From the NCBI GenBank assembly GCA_025361065.1, contig JANYAY010000010.1:12695-76694 (forward strand): 64,000 bases of DNA. The letters are read 5' to 3'. The DNA is from Deltaproteobacteria bacterium. Its GTDB lineage: Bacteria > Desulfobacterota > Syntrophia > Syntrophales > Smithellaceae. The notes under the pieces were generated by a model that saw only the letters and a list, made by a program, of their open reading frames with translations, was not told the DNA's origin and ran no database searches. This document shows, piece after piece, positions 35,544-45,730 of the stretch (positions are counted from its first letter, which is position 1; every line of letters starts with the position of its first letter). The translations under genes and the position numbers were made by a program.

Positions 35544-37076
35544 TTATCTCTTGAGATTCATTAATTCCTGCATAATTGTGTCCTCAGTTGTAATGACTCG
35601 GGCGCTGGCTTGATAAGCTTTTTGCGCCGTAATCATTTTAATGAATTCTGTCGCTATATCGGTATTGGACATTTCCAGTGTATTGGGTGTCAATGTACCC
35701 ATCCCGGATTGCCCCGGATAATTTTGAATAGCTGAACCGGAGGCAACTGTCTCACCAAACAGGTTACTACCCATTTTTTTCAGGCCCCACGGGTTGGAAA
35801 ACTGAGCCAACATCAGCTCAGCGAGGTCGGATGTCTGACCGTTAGTAAAGAACCCGCTGATCCTTCCGCTGGAAGCAATCGAAAGAGTCTTTAAGTTGCC
35901 GGAAGCAAAACCGTCGGCGGTCAGCGCCCGGATAACTGATGAGGTGGAATATTGCGTAATACTTAAAGCACCGTCTCCCATCAAATTCCAGTTAACATTA
36001 CCACCTGCGCCAATTGTTGCTCCGCCGGCCAGCGCTGTGGAAAAATTAGTTGTAATATCATTAAGAGCTAACGGCGTATGGGTCAGAGTGAACGTCGCCG
36101 TGTCGCCGGGTGCCCAAACAAGAGCCGGTGTTAAAGTCAGATCATTGGTACCCGTTCCGTCAAGGCTGACAGTTACGTCACCGGCAATACCACTGGAAGT
36201 AATTGTAGCGTTATCATATCCACCATCCGCGGTAATCGTCCAACTGGCCGCTCCACGGGTTAATGTCATTGTTCCTGTTTGATAAACCATGCCCAATTTG
36301 TTCAATGCCAAGGTCGCGGTGCCGGTGCCGGCAGTAACTTCCGTAACGGCGCTCGCAGTTCCCGTATATATCCCGGTGCAAATACCATCTGTATCAAAAG
36401 TAAACCCGTTGGCGGAGATGGAAGTCGCCGGAGTCGAATCCAGAGAAGTCTCCACAGCCCAATAGCCGGTTGTCGGATGTTCCGTCTTAGTAAACGTCGT
36501 ATTCAAGGTATGTTTTGCGCCAAGTGAATCATAAACTGTCTGGGTAGTGTTGTACTGGCCGCCGGTGGCAGTTCCGGAATCTATATTTGCACCTACGGAA
36601 AAAGTAGTAGATACTTCGGGCGTAGATTGCACGTCGGACAGATTAATATCAGATAGCGCACCGGCAGGTTCTCCGTTAACAACTGTTTTCCCCTGTACTT
36701 TATTACCGTCGGTATCCACAAGCAAACCGGCGGCATTCAAGCGGAAGGCCCCGGCTCGCGTATAAAATGTGGCACCCGAGTCATCATTCACCATGAAAAA
36801 ACCATCACCATCGATGGCGACATCCGTGGAATTGCCCGTCGTTTCAAAGGAGCCTGCGCTAAACTGCGTTTGGACTTCCGATACGGAAACACCACGGCCG
36901 ACTTGCATAGTACCGGAAGAGCCACCGGATATACTCTGGCTTAAAACGTCGGCAAAATAAGTAGTGCCGGATTTAAAACCAATTGTGTTGACGTTAGCCA
37001 GATTGTTCGCAATAACATCCAGTTCCTTGGAACTGGCATTTAATCCGGATATCCCTGCCCATAGTGCACTGCCCAT
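35544..37076 (-). CDS. flgE: Hook protein FlgE
   Basis: The N-terminus reads MGSALWAGISGLNASSKELDVIANNLANVNTIGFK. The C-terminus reads LEMSNTDIATEFIKMITAQKAYQASARVITT. Confidence 0.96.
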   Translation of the reverse strand: MGSALWAGISGLNASSKELDVIANNLANVNTIGFKSGTTYFADVLSQSISGGSSGTMQVGRGVSVSEVQTQFSAGSFETTGNSTDVAIDGDGFFMVNDDSGATFYTRAGAFRLNAAGLLVDTDGNKVQGKTVVNGEPAGALSDINLSDVQSTPEVSTTFSVGANIDSGTATGGQYNTTQTVYDSLGAKHTLNTTFTKTEHPTTGYWAVETSLDSTPATSISANGFTFDTDGICTGIYTGTASAVTEVTAGTGTATLALNKLGMVYQTGTMTLTRGAASWTITADGGYDNATITSSGIAGDVTVSLDGTGTNDLTLTPALVWAPGDTATFTLTHTPLALNDITTNFSTALAGGATIGAGGNVNWNLMGDGALSITQYSTSSVIRALTADGFASGNLKTLSIASSGRISGFFTNGQTSDLAELMLAQFSNPWGLKKMGSNLFGETVASGSAIQNYPGQSGMGTLTPNTLEMSNTDIATEFIKMITAQKAYQASARVITTEDTIMQELMNLKR

Positions 37077-37101
37077 AATATATTCCTCCTATAAATGGAA
37101 T

Positions 37102-37764
37102 TTAATTTGTTGATTTATTGATAGCTACAACATTGGAGAACGCTACATCCTGTCCGTTAATAGTCAGATATGCCGTATCATTTTTAAACGAAGCGCCGGT
37201 AACCTTGCCGGAAATTAATGCTTCAGCAGAAACCGCCTTCCCACTTTTATCCTTAGCGCTGATCTCAAAAGTATATTTGCCGGTACTGACACCACCGGTA
37301 TTCCAGACAATACTGTTGAGACCGGATTTCAAATTGCCCAGATCAGCGGTACTAACCTGGGAACCACTCTCGTTATAAATTTTAATAGTTCCGCTCTGGA
37401 TGTCCGATGGCAGGCTGAAAGAAACATTTGTTGTTGAACCGCTGACATTGACCACATTCCCCTTGGCCACAGCATCATTGCCGATCATACTGACCATCTG
37501 GGTATTACCAAAGGCTTTCAGATAAGCAGGCATAGAACTCATTGTCGTATTTAAATTGCTCAATTGCTGTAAGGAAGAGAACTGGGCCAGCTGCGCCGCA
37601 AAATCTTTGCCATCCATGGGATTCAATGGATCCTGGTTTTTTAGCTGGGCCAGAAGCATGGTCATAAATTCGTCCTGACCTAAAGCACTGCCTTTTTTTG
37701 TTGTTGCTGCACTGTTCGTTGCACTACTGGCGAGACCTGATATTACATTACTTACTGTAGTCAT
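37102..37764 (-). CDS. flgD: Hook capping protein FlgD
   Basis: LGQDEFMTMLLAQLKNQDPLNPMD, plus a C-terminal Ig-like region. Confidence 0.95.
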   Translation of the reverse strand: MTTVSNVISGLASSATNSAATTKKGSALGQDEFMTMLLAQLKNQDPLNPMDGKDFAAQLAQFSSLQQLSNLNTTMSSMPAYLKAFGNTQMVSMIGNDAVAKGNVVNVSGSTTNVSFSLPSDIQSGTIKIYNESGSQVSTADLGNLKSGLNSIVWNTGGVSTGKYTFEISAKDKSGKAVSAEALISGKVTGASFKNDTAYLTINGQDVAFSNVVAINKSTN

Positions 37765-37790
37765 TTTCCCCCTCCTCTAAAATTGATCTT

Positions 37791-39479
37791 TCAGGCAAAT
37801 AAACTTATGTTGTCCTTTGACACTCTTAAAACATTCACCGGCCGTTCGGAAATAATTGCCCTGGCCTTAACCTTTTCCTCGGGATTATCCTGTGGTCTAT
37901 TGCCGTCTTGTCCTGATCTATCTTGGTTATTAAAGGATTGTTGGCTGAAACTCTGTTGATACTCTTCGCGTTTATCCTGCATAAAAACATCACAGCGTTC
38001 GATTGTCAGCCCCTGACTTTGCAAACTCCCTTTCAGTTTGTCGATATGGGTATTCAATGTTTGCTGAACGTCTTTATTATCGGCAACCAATACAACTTCT
38101 ACCTTGCCATTGCGAACAATTACATCCATCTCCACTTTCCCGAGAGATGGCGGATTCAATATAATTTTCACTCTTCCGCCGTCATTGGCCGCCACTTCTT
38201 TAATGTCGTTCGTTACCTGGCTAATTATTTCACCAGGAGAGATGGAATCATTTTTTCCCATCTTTACAGAACCACTGCCTGCTGCATTAACCGGACTTAA
38301 AGAAATTTCTTCATTCGTTGTTTCAGCAAAGATAGTTTTCCCTTTTTGCTCTGCTTTGATTCTACCGGATACATCTGTAAAAACTGTCTGCATTGCATCT
38401 ACTTGAGCCTTATTTCCTGCATTCGCCTTTGCAGTATTCGCATATTGCTCCTGAGCAAAGCGGAGGTTGTCCTTACTAATTAATGATTCCTTCGTTTCCT
38501 GCAAGGATAAACGGGAATTATTGGCAATGGCGTGATCTTCTTTTCCCGATTCAGAGGGAAGAATATCTTTGCTGATTTTGTTTTCTTCTTTTACTGCATT
38601 TAAATTAACGGGAATTTTATCAGCAACATTTTCAGAAAGCTGAGCCTCCTGGAAAATTATCTTCCCCGGTTGCAATGTTCTTTCATCATTCCTTAAGACA
38701 GGCTGTTTTTCTTTTTCTTGGGCTGTAATCGTAATTTCGCTGTCAGCATCTTGTTCCTTTGCTGGTGCTTGAGAGTTGATAGCAAAAGCCTTTTCTTCGT
38801 CCGGCTTCATAACGATTACCTTTTTAAAATCCGTTCCAGTAATTCTATTTTGATTAGCTGGGGAAAATTCATCTCCGGCAAAAAGTTTCTGGTCACCATT
38901 TTCTAAAATTATTCCACCGGACTGATTCAGCATGCCCTTATTATCGATGATGATTTTCTGCTCATTTTCGCTATTGGAATTAACAGCTTTTAGTTCATTA
39001 TCCGGAAGGCTGGTTATTGAGTCTGATTTTACCTCCGGATTACTTTTTACATCACCCTCAGTTAAATTTTTCCCCAACAAATCCCTTTCTTTTAAGAGGG
39101 TGTCAAAAGGAATTCCCCGCTGACCATTTTTCTCCTGGTCTGTTTTAGCTATATCTCCTGTCTGAGTAAAACTTGCCAAAGCTTGCTGTAATTCTTTCTC
39201 GGTAATGTCGCCCGGAAACAATAACATTGCCTGTTCCAAGGTTATTCTTTTCCCATTTGTATTTGATGCAGCGGCATCAGAAGATTTATTTGTCTGGGAC
39301 AGCTGTTGATTCAGATACTGGAGAAAGGGAACCAGGGCATTTAAATCTTCGTCACCTTTACCGGATTGGTTATCTCTTGCTTTTCCCTTACCACTTGCAG
39401 CACCGATCATCTTCAACAGATTGGTAGATGCTTTGCTTTCCCCTCTACCTCCGAATGTCGCTTGTATTGCCTGTTCCAT
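37791..39479 (-). CDS. fliK: Hook-length control protein FliK
   Basis: 562 aa with a disordered N-terminal region and a C-terminal LNPPSLGKVEMDVIVRNGKVEVVLVADNKDVQQTL..LKGSLQSQGL domain. Confidence 0.9.
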   Translation of the reverse strand: MEQAIQATFGGRGESKASTNLLKMIGAASGKGKARDNQSGKGDEDLNALVPFLQYLNQQLSQTNKSSDAAASNTNGKRITLEQAMLLFPGDITEKELQQALASFTQTGDIAKTDQEKNGQRGIPFDTLLKERDLLGKNLTEGDVKSNPEVKSDSITSLPDNELKAVNSNSENEQKIIIDNKGMLNQSGGIILENGDQKLFAGDEFSPANQNRITGTDFKKVIVMKPDEEKAFAINSQAPAKEQDADSEITITAQEKEKQPVLRNDERTLQPGKIIFQEAQLSENVADKIPVNLNAVKEENKISKDILPSESGKEDHAIANNSRLSLQETKESLISKDNLRFAQEQYANTAKANAGNKAQVDAMQTVFTDVSGRIKAEQKGKTIFAETTNEEISLSPVNAAGSGSVKMGKNDSISPGEIISQVTNDIKEVAANDGGRVKIILNPPSLGKVEMDVIVRNGKVEVVLVADNKDVQQTLNTHIDKLKGSLQSQGLTIERCDVFMQDKREEYQQSFSQQSFNNQDRSGQDGNRPQDNPEEKVKARAIISERPVNVLRVSKDNISLFA

Positions 39480-39510
39480 ATTCTGCCTTTAATCTTTTTA
39501 TACACTCATG

Positions 39511-39526
39511 AGCAAGAGGCATGCCA
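39511..39526 (-). promoter_or_regulatory. sigma54 promoter upstream of fliK-flgD-flgE
   Basis: Minus sense reads TGGCAT-gcctc-TTGCT, 31 nt before the ATG. Confidence 0.8.
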
Positions 39527-39646
39527 CCGACACTCCCTGATTTTTATTTAATGATTACGGCATATTAAAGAAAGACTAAGCACATTGCGGCAGGTGGTAG
39601 GAAAATATTTCCCAGGCAATACAGAAAATATTTATCCTTATCAGGC

Positions 39647-39677
39647 AAAAAAAAGCCCCCGTTAAAAGAGGGCTTTT
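39647..39677 (-). terminator. Rho-independent terminator after the MotE-like gene
   Basis: Minus sense reads AAAGCCCTC-ttttaac-GGGGGCTTT followed by TTTTT. Confidence 0.75.
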
Positions 39678-39706
39678 GATATGTATTAACAAAACCAGCT
39701 TATTTA

Positions 39707-40345
39707 TTATTCGGCTTGCTGCCTGCTGCCGGTATGCGTTATTTCTTTTGTAATCTCTACAGCCTTTTGCGGGCTTATGTATCCCCAGATAGCACCGGCT
39801 TTGTCTTTCTTCATATTCATTGTGATGCCGGCGGCAGTTTTTATATCCAATTTTTCCAACATTGAACCTGCTTTAGCGGCAGGTGTTGCCTCATATACTT
39901 TAGCCATTTCCTTGTATTTTTTTACTTCGGAAGCTTGACTGGCCTCCAGTACCGCGGTTAATTTTTCTTCCTGGCTCTTCAAAAACGCAATTTTATCTGT
40001 TATCTCTTTCCGTAGCGCAAGCAGCCGTTGTTCCTCTGTACGCAAGGTATTTTCACGGTTATCCAACTCATTTTTTTTGGCCAAAAGTGCGGCAGCCAAG
40101 TCTCTTTCTTTGGCCAGACTGCCATCTAAAGATTCGCTTACCTGCGGCGCCGGCACGACCGGGGCAACTAAGGAAGTGGCCGCAGGCACAGAAATTGCCG
40201 CAGGTTGCTGGGCCAGAGCAATACTGGTAAGCAAAGACGATGCGGGCAAAATATCTGCTTTGTTGATAAAGCCAACCACCGAGGCAACCTTGGTTAGGAT
40301 CAAAACCAATATTAATATTTGAACTCCAATTAGTAATTTTTTCAT
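39707..40345 (-). CDS. MotE/FlbB (YlxF)-family flagellar protein with an MgtE_N-like C-terminus
   Basis: N-terminal TM segment and a coiled coil. The C-terminus reads YEATPAAKAGSMLEKLDIKTAAGITMNMKKDKAGAIWGYISPQKAVEIT. It sits in the ylxF position after fliJ. Confidence 0.6.
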   Translation of the reverse strand: MKKLLIGVQILILVLILTKVASVVGFINKADILPASSLLTSIALAQQPAAISVPAATSLVAPVVPAPQVSESLDGSLAKERDLAAALLAKKNELDNRENTLRTEEQRLLALRKEITDKIAFLKSQEEKLTAVLEASQASEVKKYKEMAKVYEATPAAKAGSMLEKLDIKTAAGITMNMKKDKAGAIWGYISPQKAVEITKEITHTGSRQQAE

Positions 40346-40782
40346 TTTTCTCTCCTGCCAAACTTTAAGACAGCCATTTCATCGGAATTTTTTTGTTCAA
40401 AAGCTCGCACATCACCTTCGTATTCTTCAGCATGCCTTTCTTTAAGCTTCTCCATAATTTTCGTTTTTTTTACTGCTTCGAGCAATTCCTTTCTTTTGGC
40501 TTCCAATTGCTCGGAAACCTGAACTATTATTACACTTTGTTTTTTTTCATTTTCCCTCACTTGTTCAACATAAGAAACATTGCGGGCTATATAATCAACG
40601 GGCAACGATTTGTTTTGCATTTCCCGCAATTCGCCAATTAAATTTTCTCTTTCTTGAATTAAGTTTTTCAGTCTTAATTCCTCTGTTGCGAGTTCGCGTT
40701 TTTTTTGCGAAAACTCATTGAGAATCTTTTCCTCAATATTTTTTCTGTAATCCAAAACCGTCTGGAGCTGAAAGACGAACAT
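40342..40782 (-). CDS. fliJ: Export chaperone/stalk protein FliJ
   Basis: 146-aa coiled coil starting FQLQTVLDYRKNIEE, downstream of fliI. Confidence 0.85.
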   Translation of the reverse strand: MFVFQLQTVLDYRKNIEEKILNEFSQKKRELATEELRLKNLIQERENLIGELREMQNKSLPVDYIARNVSYVEQVRENEKKQSVIIVQVSEQLEAKRKELLEAVKKTKIMEKLKERHAEEYEGDVRAFEQKNSDEMAVLKFGRREK

Positions 40783-40793
40783 GAGTTCTTATT

Positions 40794-42119
40794 CTATCCT
40801 TTAAGAAGGTCCAGCAACTGGTTTCTGGCTAATTCAAAATCAACTTTTTCGCCGATATTCTGCCGTAAAAAACCATTAACCTTATCAATCATCAAAACGG
40901 CATAATCAATTCCCGGATTTGACCCTTGTACATAAGCGCCGATGTTAATTAGATCTTCCGCCTTCTTATAAGTGGCAACAATACTTAATAGTTCGTTAGC
41001 CTTATTCTTTTGTTCGTTATTAACAATATCGATCATAACCCTGCTGATGCTCTCTAAAACATCAATTGCCGGATAATGATTTTTATGGGCCAAGCTCCGG
41101 GACAGTGAAATATGGCCGTCGAGTATGGAACGCGCCGCATCGGAAATCGGCTCGTTGAAATCATCGCCTTCCACTAAAACTGTGTAAAGACCGGTTATCG
41201 AACCTACACCTTCCACAATACCTGAGCGCTCCAGCAATTTCGGCAAAAGACTGAAAACAGATGGTGTGTATCCTTTTGTTGTGGGAGGTTCACCGACAGA
41301 CAGGCCTACTTCTCTTTGCGCCATGGCAAATCTGGTTAGCGAATCTACCATGAGCAGAACATCATTCCCCTGGTCGCGGAAATATTCAGAAACAGTTGTG
41401 GCGACATAAGCAGCACGCATGCGAACCAACGGGTGCATGTCTGACGCTGCAACAACTACGACGGATCTCTTCAGGCCTTCTTCTCCGAGGTTTTTTTCCA
41501 GAAACTCACGAACCTCCCTACCCCGCTCACCAATCAAGCCGATAACATTCACGTCTGCATTAGTGTTCAGGGCAATCATTCCCATGAGCACGCTTTTGCC
41601 CACACCCGATCCGGCAAAGATACCCATTCTCTGACCCTTGCCGCAGGTAAAAAGTGCATTGAGTGCACGGATACCCAAATCCATGGGTTCAACAATCCGC
41701 CCGCGATCCAGCGGATTAATAGGATCGGCGTAAATTGGATATTCATCGGCAAAATCAATCGGACCTTTATTATCAATTGGATTTCCCAGCCCGTCGATCA
41801 CCCTTCCCAAAAGACCGCTACCAACACCGATGCTGGCTTTTCTTCCCAGAGAGAGTATTTTACAACCCGGGCCCAATCCCTGAATGCTTTGCAGGGGCAT
41901 CAAAAGTACCCGTCCCTTTTTAAAACCGACAACTTCCGCTTCCAGGGGAATGTCACCATTCACCGGCATAATGCCGCAGACATCCCCTATTGACGAAGCC
42001 GGGCCATGACCCTCCACCATTAATCCAACTATATCGCTAACCTTGCCGTTAACATGAATCGGATTAATCCGTTCCAAAAGTTTTTCATATCTGCTCAAAT
42101 CGATAGTATCTGCGCTCAT
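40794..42119 (-). CDS. fliI: Flagellar export ATPase FliI
   Basis: Walker A GSGVGKS and Walker B VLLMVDS. 441 aa. Confidence 0.97.
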   Translation of the reverse strand: MSADTIDLSRYEKLLERINPIHVNGKVSDIVGLMVEGHGPASSIGDVCGIMPVNGDIPLEAEVVGFKKGRVLLMPLQSIQGLGPGCKILSLGRKASIGVGSGLLGRVIDGLGNPIDNKGPIDFADEYPIYADPINPLDRGRIVEPMDLGIRALNALFTCGKGQRMGIFAGSGVGKSVLMGMIALNTNADVNVIGLIGERGREVREFLEKNLGEEGLKRSVVVVAASDMHPLVRMRAAYVATTVSEYFRDQGNDVLLMVDSLTRFAMAQREVGLSVGEPPTTKGYTPSVFSLLPKLLERSGIVEGVGSITGLYTVLVEGDDFNEPISDAARSILDGHISLSRSLAHKNHYPAIDVLESISRVMIDIVNNEQKNKANELLSIVATYKKAEDLINIGAYVQGSNPGIDYAVLMIDKVNGFLRQNIGEKVDFELARNQLLDLLKG

Positions 42120-42130
42120 AATCCTGCTAA

Positions 42131-42814
42131 TTACAGCTTTAACATCGCTGCCCTGATTTCTTTTAGTTGACTTTCCAGCCTTGCATCAACTTCACCAAAC
42201 ATTGTTTCCACAACCACACCACCCCTTTTAATGGAAACATCTTCTTCGAAAACGACGTTCCGCACACCATCAATCGACTGCAAAAAATCTTTCTTAACTT
42301 CCATTATATAACGAAAATCCTGGGGATTAAGTCTGATCTTCATTCCTTCTGTTTCGGAAATATTATTTAACACACCTTTGAGGACTCCCAGGACAACATC
42401 TTTGCGCGTTGCCACTTCCTGATTTATTACTTTTTCAGCAATTGCCAGGCTAAGCTTTACTATCTGCTCTTCAGTTTTTGCGATAATATCTTTCCGAATT
42501 AAAGGAATCGTTTTGGTCATGGCGGAGATCGCATTCATGACCGGTAATACCTCTTTTTTTTGAAAATCGACGCCTTCGTTAAATCCTTTCCGGTAAGAAT
42601 CATCGCTGACCCGGCTGAGATGTTGCTCCATCTCATTCTTAAGTTTTTCCTTTTCCGACATTTCGGATACCGGCAATAAATCGGCATCTTCCGGCGGATG
42701 GATACCGGTGCCTTCTCCATTATTGAAAACACAAAGTAAGGACACAGGTTTGCCGGAATCAATTACATTATCAGCTTTAATGACATTAGCTTTATACAAA
42801 TCCATCTTTTTCAT
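42131..42814 (-). CDS. fliH: Export ATPase regulator FliH
   Basis: The C-terminal part reads RLNPQDFRYI..GGVVVETMFGEVDARLESQLKEI. I take the ATG at 42814 (or 42805). The ORF-track start at 43036 lies deep inside fliG in another frame. Confidence 0.85.
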   Translation of the reverse strand: MKKMDLYKANVIKADNVIDSGKPVSLLCVFNNGEGTGIHPPEDADLLPVSEMSEKEKLKNEMEQHLSRVSDDSYRKGFNEGVDFQKKEVLPVMNAISAMTKTIPLIRKDIIAKTEEQIVKLSLAIAEKVINQEVATRKDVVLGVLKGVLNNISETEGMKIRLNPQDFRYIMEVKKDFLQSIDGVRNVVFEEDVSIKRGGVVVETMFGEVDARLESQLKEIRAAMLKL

Positions 42815-43784
42815 CACCGCGCAGAATGACAATTCTACCTTCTGCTTCCAGTTTCTTTGTAATTTCCACAATCTTACGTTGACTGTTTTCCACCTCGGAG
42901 AGTCTAATCGGAGGCATGAGCGAAATCTCCTCGCGTAACATTTCCGCACCACGTTTCGACATATTCTTGAAAATCTTTTCCCGCATACCTTCGTCGACCA
43001 TTTTGAGCGCCCGGGACAAATCTTCGGCGCTGACATCTTTCATCAACTCTTGCAATGATTTATCGTCCAGCTTCATAACATCATCGAAGTTAAACATGAA
43101 ATTACGGATTTGAGATGCCAATTCCGGCTCGGAATCCTCTAATGATGTCATAATGGCCATTTCCGTTGAACGATTCATCCGATTCAGAATGTTAGCCATT
43201 AGTTGTACGCCACCCAATTGCTGATCACTTGTACCGCCGGTAATCAGTTCTTTCTCCAGTGTTTTAGCAACTTCCTCAATAAATTCTCTGGGTACACTTT
43301 TCAGTGTTGCCATACGTTTGGAAATTTCGTACTGAATTTCCGGAGAAAAATGTTCCAGCACCTGAGCTGCTTTTTCCGGTTTCAGATGAACTAATATCAA
43401 TGCTATCGTTTGAGGATGTTCCGTACGGGTAAATTCCGCCATAACTTTGGGATCGATATCATGCAACCTTTCAATAATGGGATTATCATTGGCAGAATTT
43501 TCCACTTCGTTTAATATCGTTTGCGCATCCTTCTCTCCCAGGGCCATAACAACAAGGTTCTTCGGAGCGCCGTCACGCACTGAAATCATCCCGCCTTGCT
43601 CTTTAGCCAAAGTACAGAATTCTTTTGCTACATTACTCAGCGTATCTGCCGAAATATTCGTCACACGGCTCATTTGCTTGCCCAGCCGGCGAATTTCCGC
43701 CGGGCGCAGATTTTTCATTACATTTGCCGCCAAATCTTCATCCAATGACAGCAGTAATATTGCCGCTTTTTCTTCGCCGGTCAT
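42792..43784 (-). CDS. fliG: Rotor/switch protein FliG
   Basis: MTGEEKAAILLLSLDEDLAANVMKNL at the N-terminus, with EHPQTIALILVHL and MFNFDDV motifs. Confidence 0.97.
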   Translation of the reverse strand: MTGEEKAAILLLSLDEDLAANVMKNLRPAEIRRLGKQMSRVTNISADTLSNVAKEFCTLAKEQGGMISVRDGAPKNLVVMALGEKDAQTILNEVENSANDNPIIERLHDIDPKVMAEFTRTEHPQTIALILVHLKPEKAAQVLEHFSPEIQYEISKRMATLKSVPREFIEEVAKTLEKELITGGTSDQQLGGVQLMANILNRMNRSTEMAIMTSLEDSEPELASQIRNFMFNFDDVMKLDDKSLQELMKDVSAEDLSRALKMVDEGMREKIFKNMSKRGAEMLREEISLMPPIRLSEVENSQRKIVEITKKLEAEGRIVILRGDEKDGFV

Positions 43785-43819
43785 CTGTTTCTATCCTTAA
43801 TAATTAATGCAGAGATTTT

Positions 43820-45376
43820 TTATTTAATCCAGTTTCTCAATATGTCGGCAAACTGTTTGGAATCCGCCCGTGCCATTTCTCTGGCGATTTCAGCTTCTGT
43901 AAGCGAGCGTCCTCCGGTGCCTTGCATTTCTTCGGCAACTTGCCTGGCATATTGCTCAGTTTGTGTTTCCCCCGGAATACTAACCGCCAATTGCGTGCCG
44001 GACAATTGCCTGACAGGCACCGGTGCGGCTTTCGTGATAGTTTTAATCAGCGGCCGGACAATAAATAATAGAATGAATATTATTAGGCCGGCTATAGCGA
44101 TGTAACCAAATATTGGCGTGAACGTCTCCACTCTTTCTTTTAGCGAGGGAGTCTCTGCTTCTTCCGCCTCAACTTTCCCAAACGGCATATTTGTTACAAC
44201 AACCTGATCTCCTCTTTGTGCATTTATTCCCGCTGATTTACGCACTAAATCCTCGATTGAATCGATTTCACTTTTTGTGCGGGGTTGATACACTTCTTCG
44301 CCCTTTTCATTTTTCTTATATGTCCCGTCCACTAAAACTGCAATCGACAGCTTCTTTGTATCACCCACGGGCATAACCGTTTTATTGACTACTTTGTTAA
44401 TTTCATAATTGACGACTTCATCGAGCTTTTCCTTTTCGGGAGTTTCCGATACTACTCCTGTTTTACCGACAGCATTGGTTTTTTCCGAATTACGTTGTAC
44501 ACTTCTCACAACAGGTGCTTCAGCATCGTATGATTCTTCCGTTTTTTCCGTTACACGAAAATCAAGTTCCGCCGTAACCCTGACAACAGCCTTACCTTTT
44601 CCCACTATATTTTCGAGCATTGACTGGATCCTGCCCGATAATTCTTTTTCTGTGTTTCTTTGAAAATCAACTTGCGAAGCGGTAAGTTTGGATAGTTTGT
44701 TGGTATCGCCCTGGCCGGCCGAAAGTATCGTACCCCTTGAATCTACAACCATGACATCATCGGGATTCATACCTTCGATGGAACTGGCAACCAGATGAAC
44801 AATCCCTTCAATCTGTGCCGGTCGAATTGTTTTTCCTGATTTCAACCGCAGAGTAACGGAAGCCGTTGGTCTTTTCTGCTGTTCGGAAAAAAGAGAATCT
44901 TTGGGAAGGGCAATGTGCACGCGGCTGGACTGAATCTCATCGAGTCCATTAATTGTACGTGCGAGCTCACCCTGAAGGGCGCGCCGGTAATTCAATTGTT
45001 GCTCAAATTCCGTTGCCCCCAGTGTTTTATTATCAAATATTTCAAACCCGACACCGCTGCCCTGAGGAAGTCCGGCAGCAGCAAGCTCCAGCCGCAATTC
45101 AGATACTTTCTCTGCCGGCACTGAAACAGCGTTTCCCGACGATGAAATTTTATAGGATATTTTCTTTTCGTTCAATTTTCCGACTATAGAGCCTGCATCT
45201 TCTGCCGATAAGTTGGAAAAAAGCACTCGGTATTCGACTTGATTTGTTAAGTAGACCATGAGTCCTATGCTGGCTGCGGTAATCAATGTAACTATAATCA
45301 CCGACATCTTGCGGCTTGAGCTTAAAGAATCAAAACCGGCCCATAATTTCGCGAAAAATTGTAAAATTGAATCCAT
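43820..45376 (-). CDS. fliF: MS-ring protein FliF
   Basis: 518 aa. LPQGSGVGFEIFD and RALQGELARTI motifs, plus a C-terminal TM segment. Confidence 0.96.
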   Translation of the reverse strand: MDSILQFFAKLWAGFDSLSSSRKMSVIIVTLITAASIGLMVYLTNQVEYRVLFSNLSAEDAGSIVGKLNEKKISYKISSSGNAVSVPAEKVSELRLELAAAGLPQGSGVGFEIFDNKTLGATEFEQQLNYRRALQGELARTINGLDEIQSSRVHIALPKDSLFSEQQKRPTASVTLRLKSGKTIRPAQIEGIVHLVASSIEGMNPDDVMVVDSRGTILSAGQGDTNKLSKLTASQVDFQRNTEKELSGRIQSMLENIVGKGKAVVRVTAELDFRVTEKTEESYDAEAPVVRSVQRNSEKTNAVGKTGVVSETPEKEKLDEVVNYEINKVVNKTVMPVGDTKKLSIAVLVDGTYKKNEKGEEVYQPRTKSEIDSIEDLVRKSAGINAQRGDQVVVTNMPFGKVEAEEAETPSLKERVETFTPIFGYIAIAGLIIFILLFIVRPLIKTITKAAPVPVRQLSGTQLAVSIPGETQTEQYARQVAEEMQGTGGRSLTEAEIAREMARADSKQFADILRNWIK

Positions 45377-45407
45377 AAGAAAATCCGATTAATTAAATGA
45401 AAAAAGA

Positions 45408-45710
45408 TTATACCTGCATCCGCATAACTTCCTGATAAGCGTCAAGGATTTTATTGCGAACCTGCATCATCACCTGGAAAGAAATGCCGGCCTTTTCCAG
45501 AGCAATCATCGCTTCATGAATAGAACCGGCATCTTCCAGCTGAACTTTGGCAATTGTCTTATCAGCATCATTTTGCAATTTACTGATGTCTGAGATAGCA
45601 TCTTTCAGTACTGAACCAAACGCACCTCCTCCGGCTTTTTTTTCGCTATCCGGTTTTTCGGAAGTAATATTTGCAGGGTTTAAGCCGCCGTGAATGCTGA
45701 CGTCTGTCAT
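45408..45710 (-). CDS. fliE: Hook-basal body protein FliE
   Basis: 100 aa. The C-terminus reads IHEAMIALEKAGISFQVMMQVRNKILDAYQEVMRMQV. Confidence 0.93.
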   Translation of the reverse strand: MTDVSIHGGLNPANITSEKPDSEKKAGGGAFGSVLKDAISDISKLQNDADKTIAKVQLEDAGSIHEAMIALEKAGISFQVMMQVRNKILDAYQEVMRMQV

Positions 45711-45730
45711 ATCTTCATCTCCATTATTGT

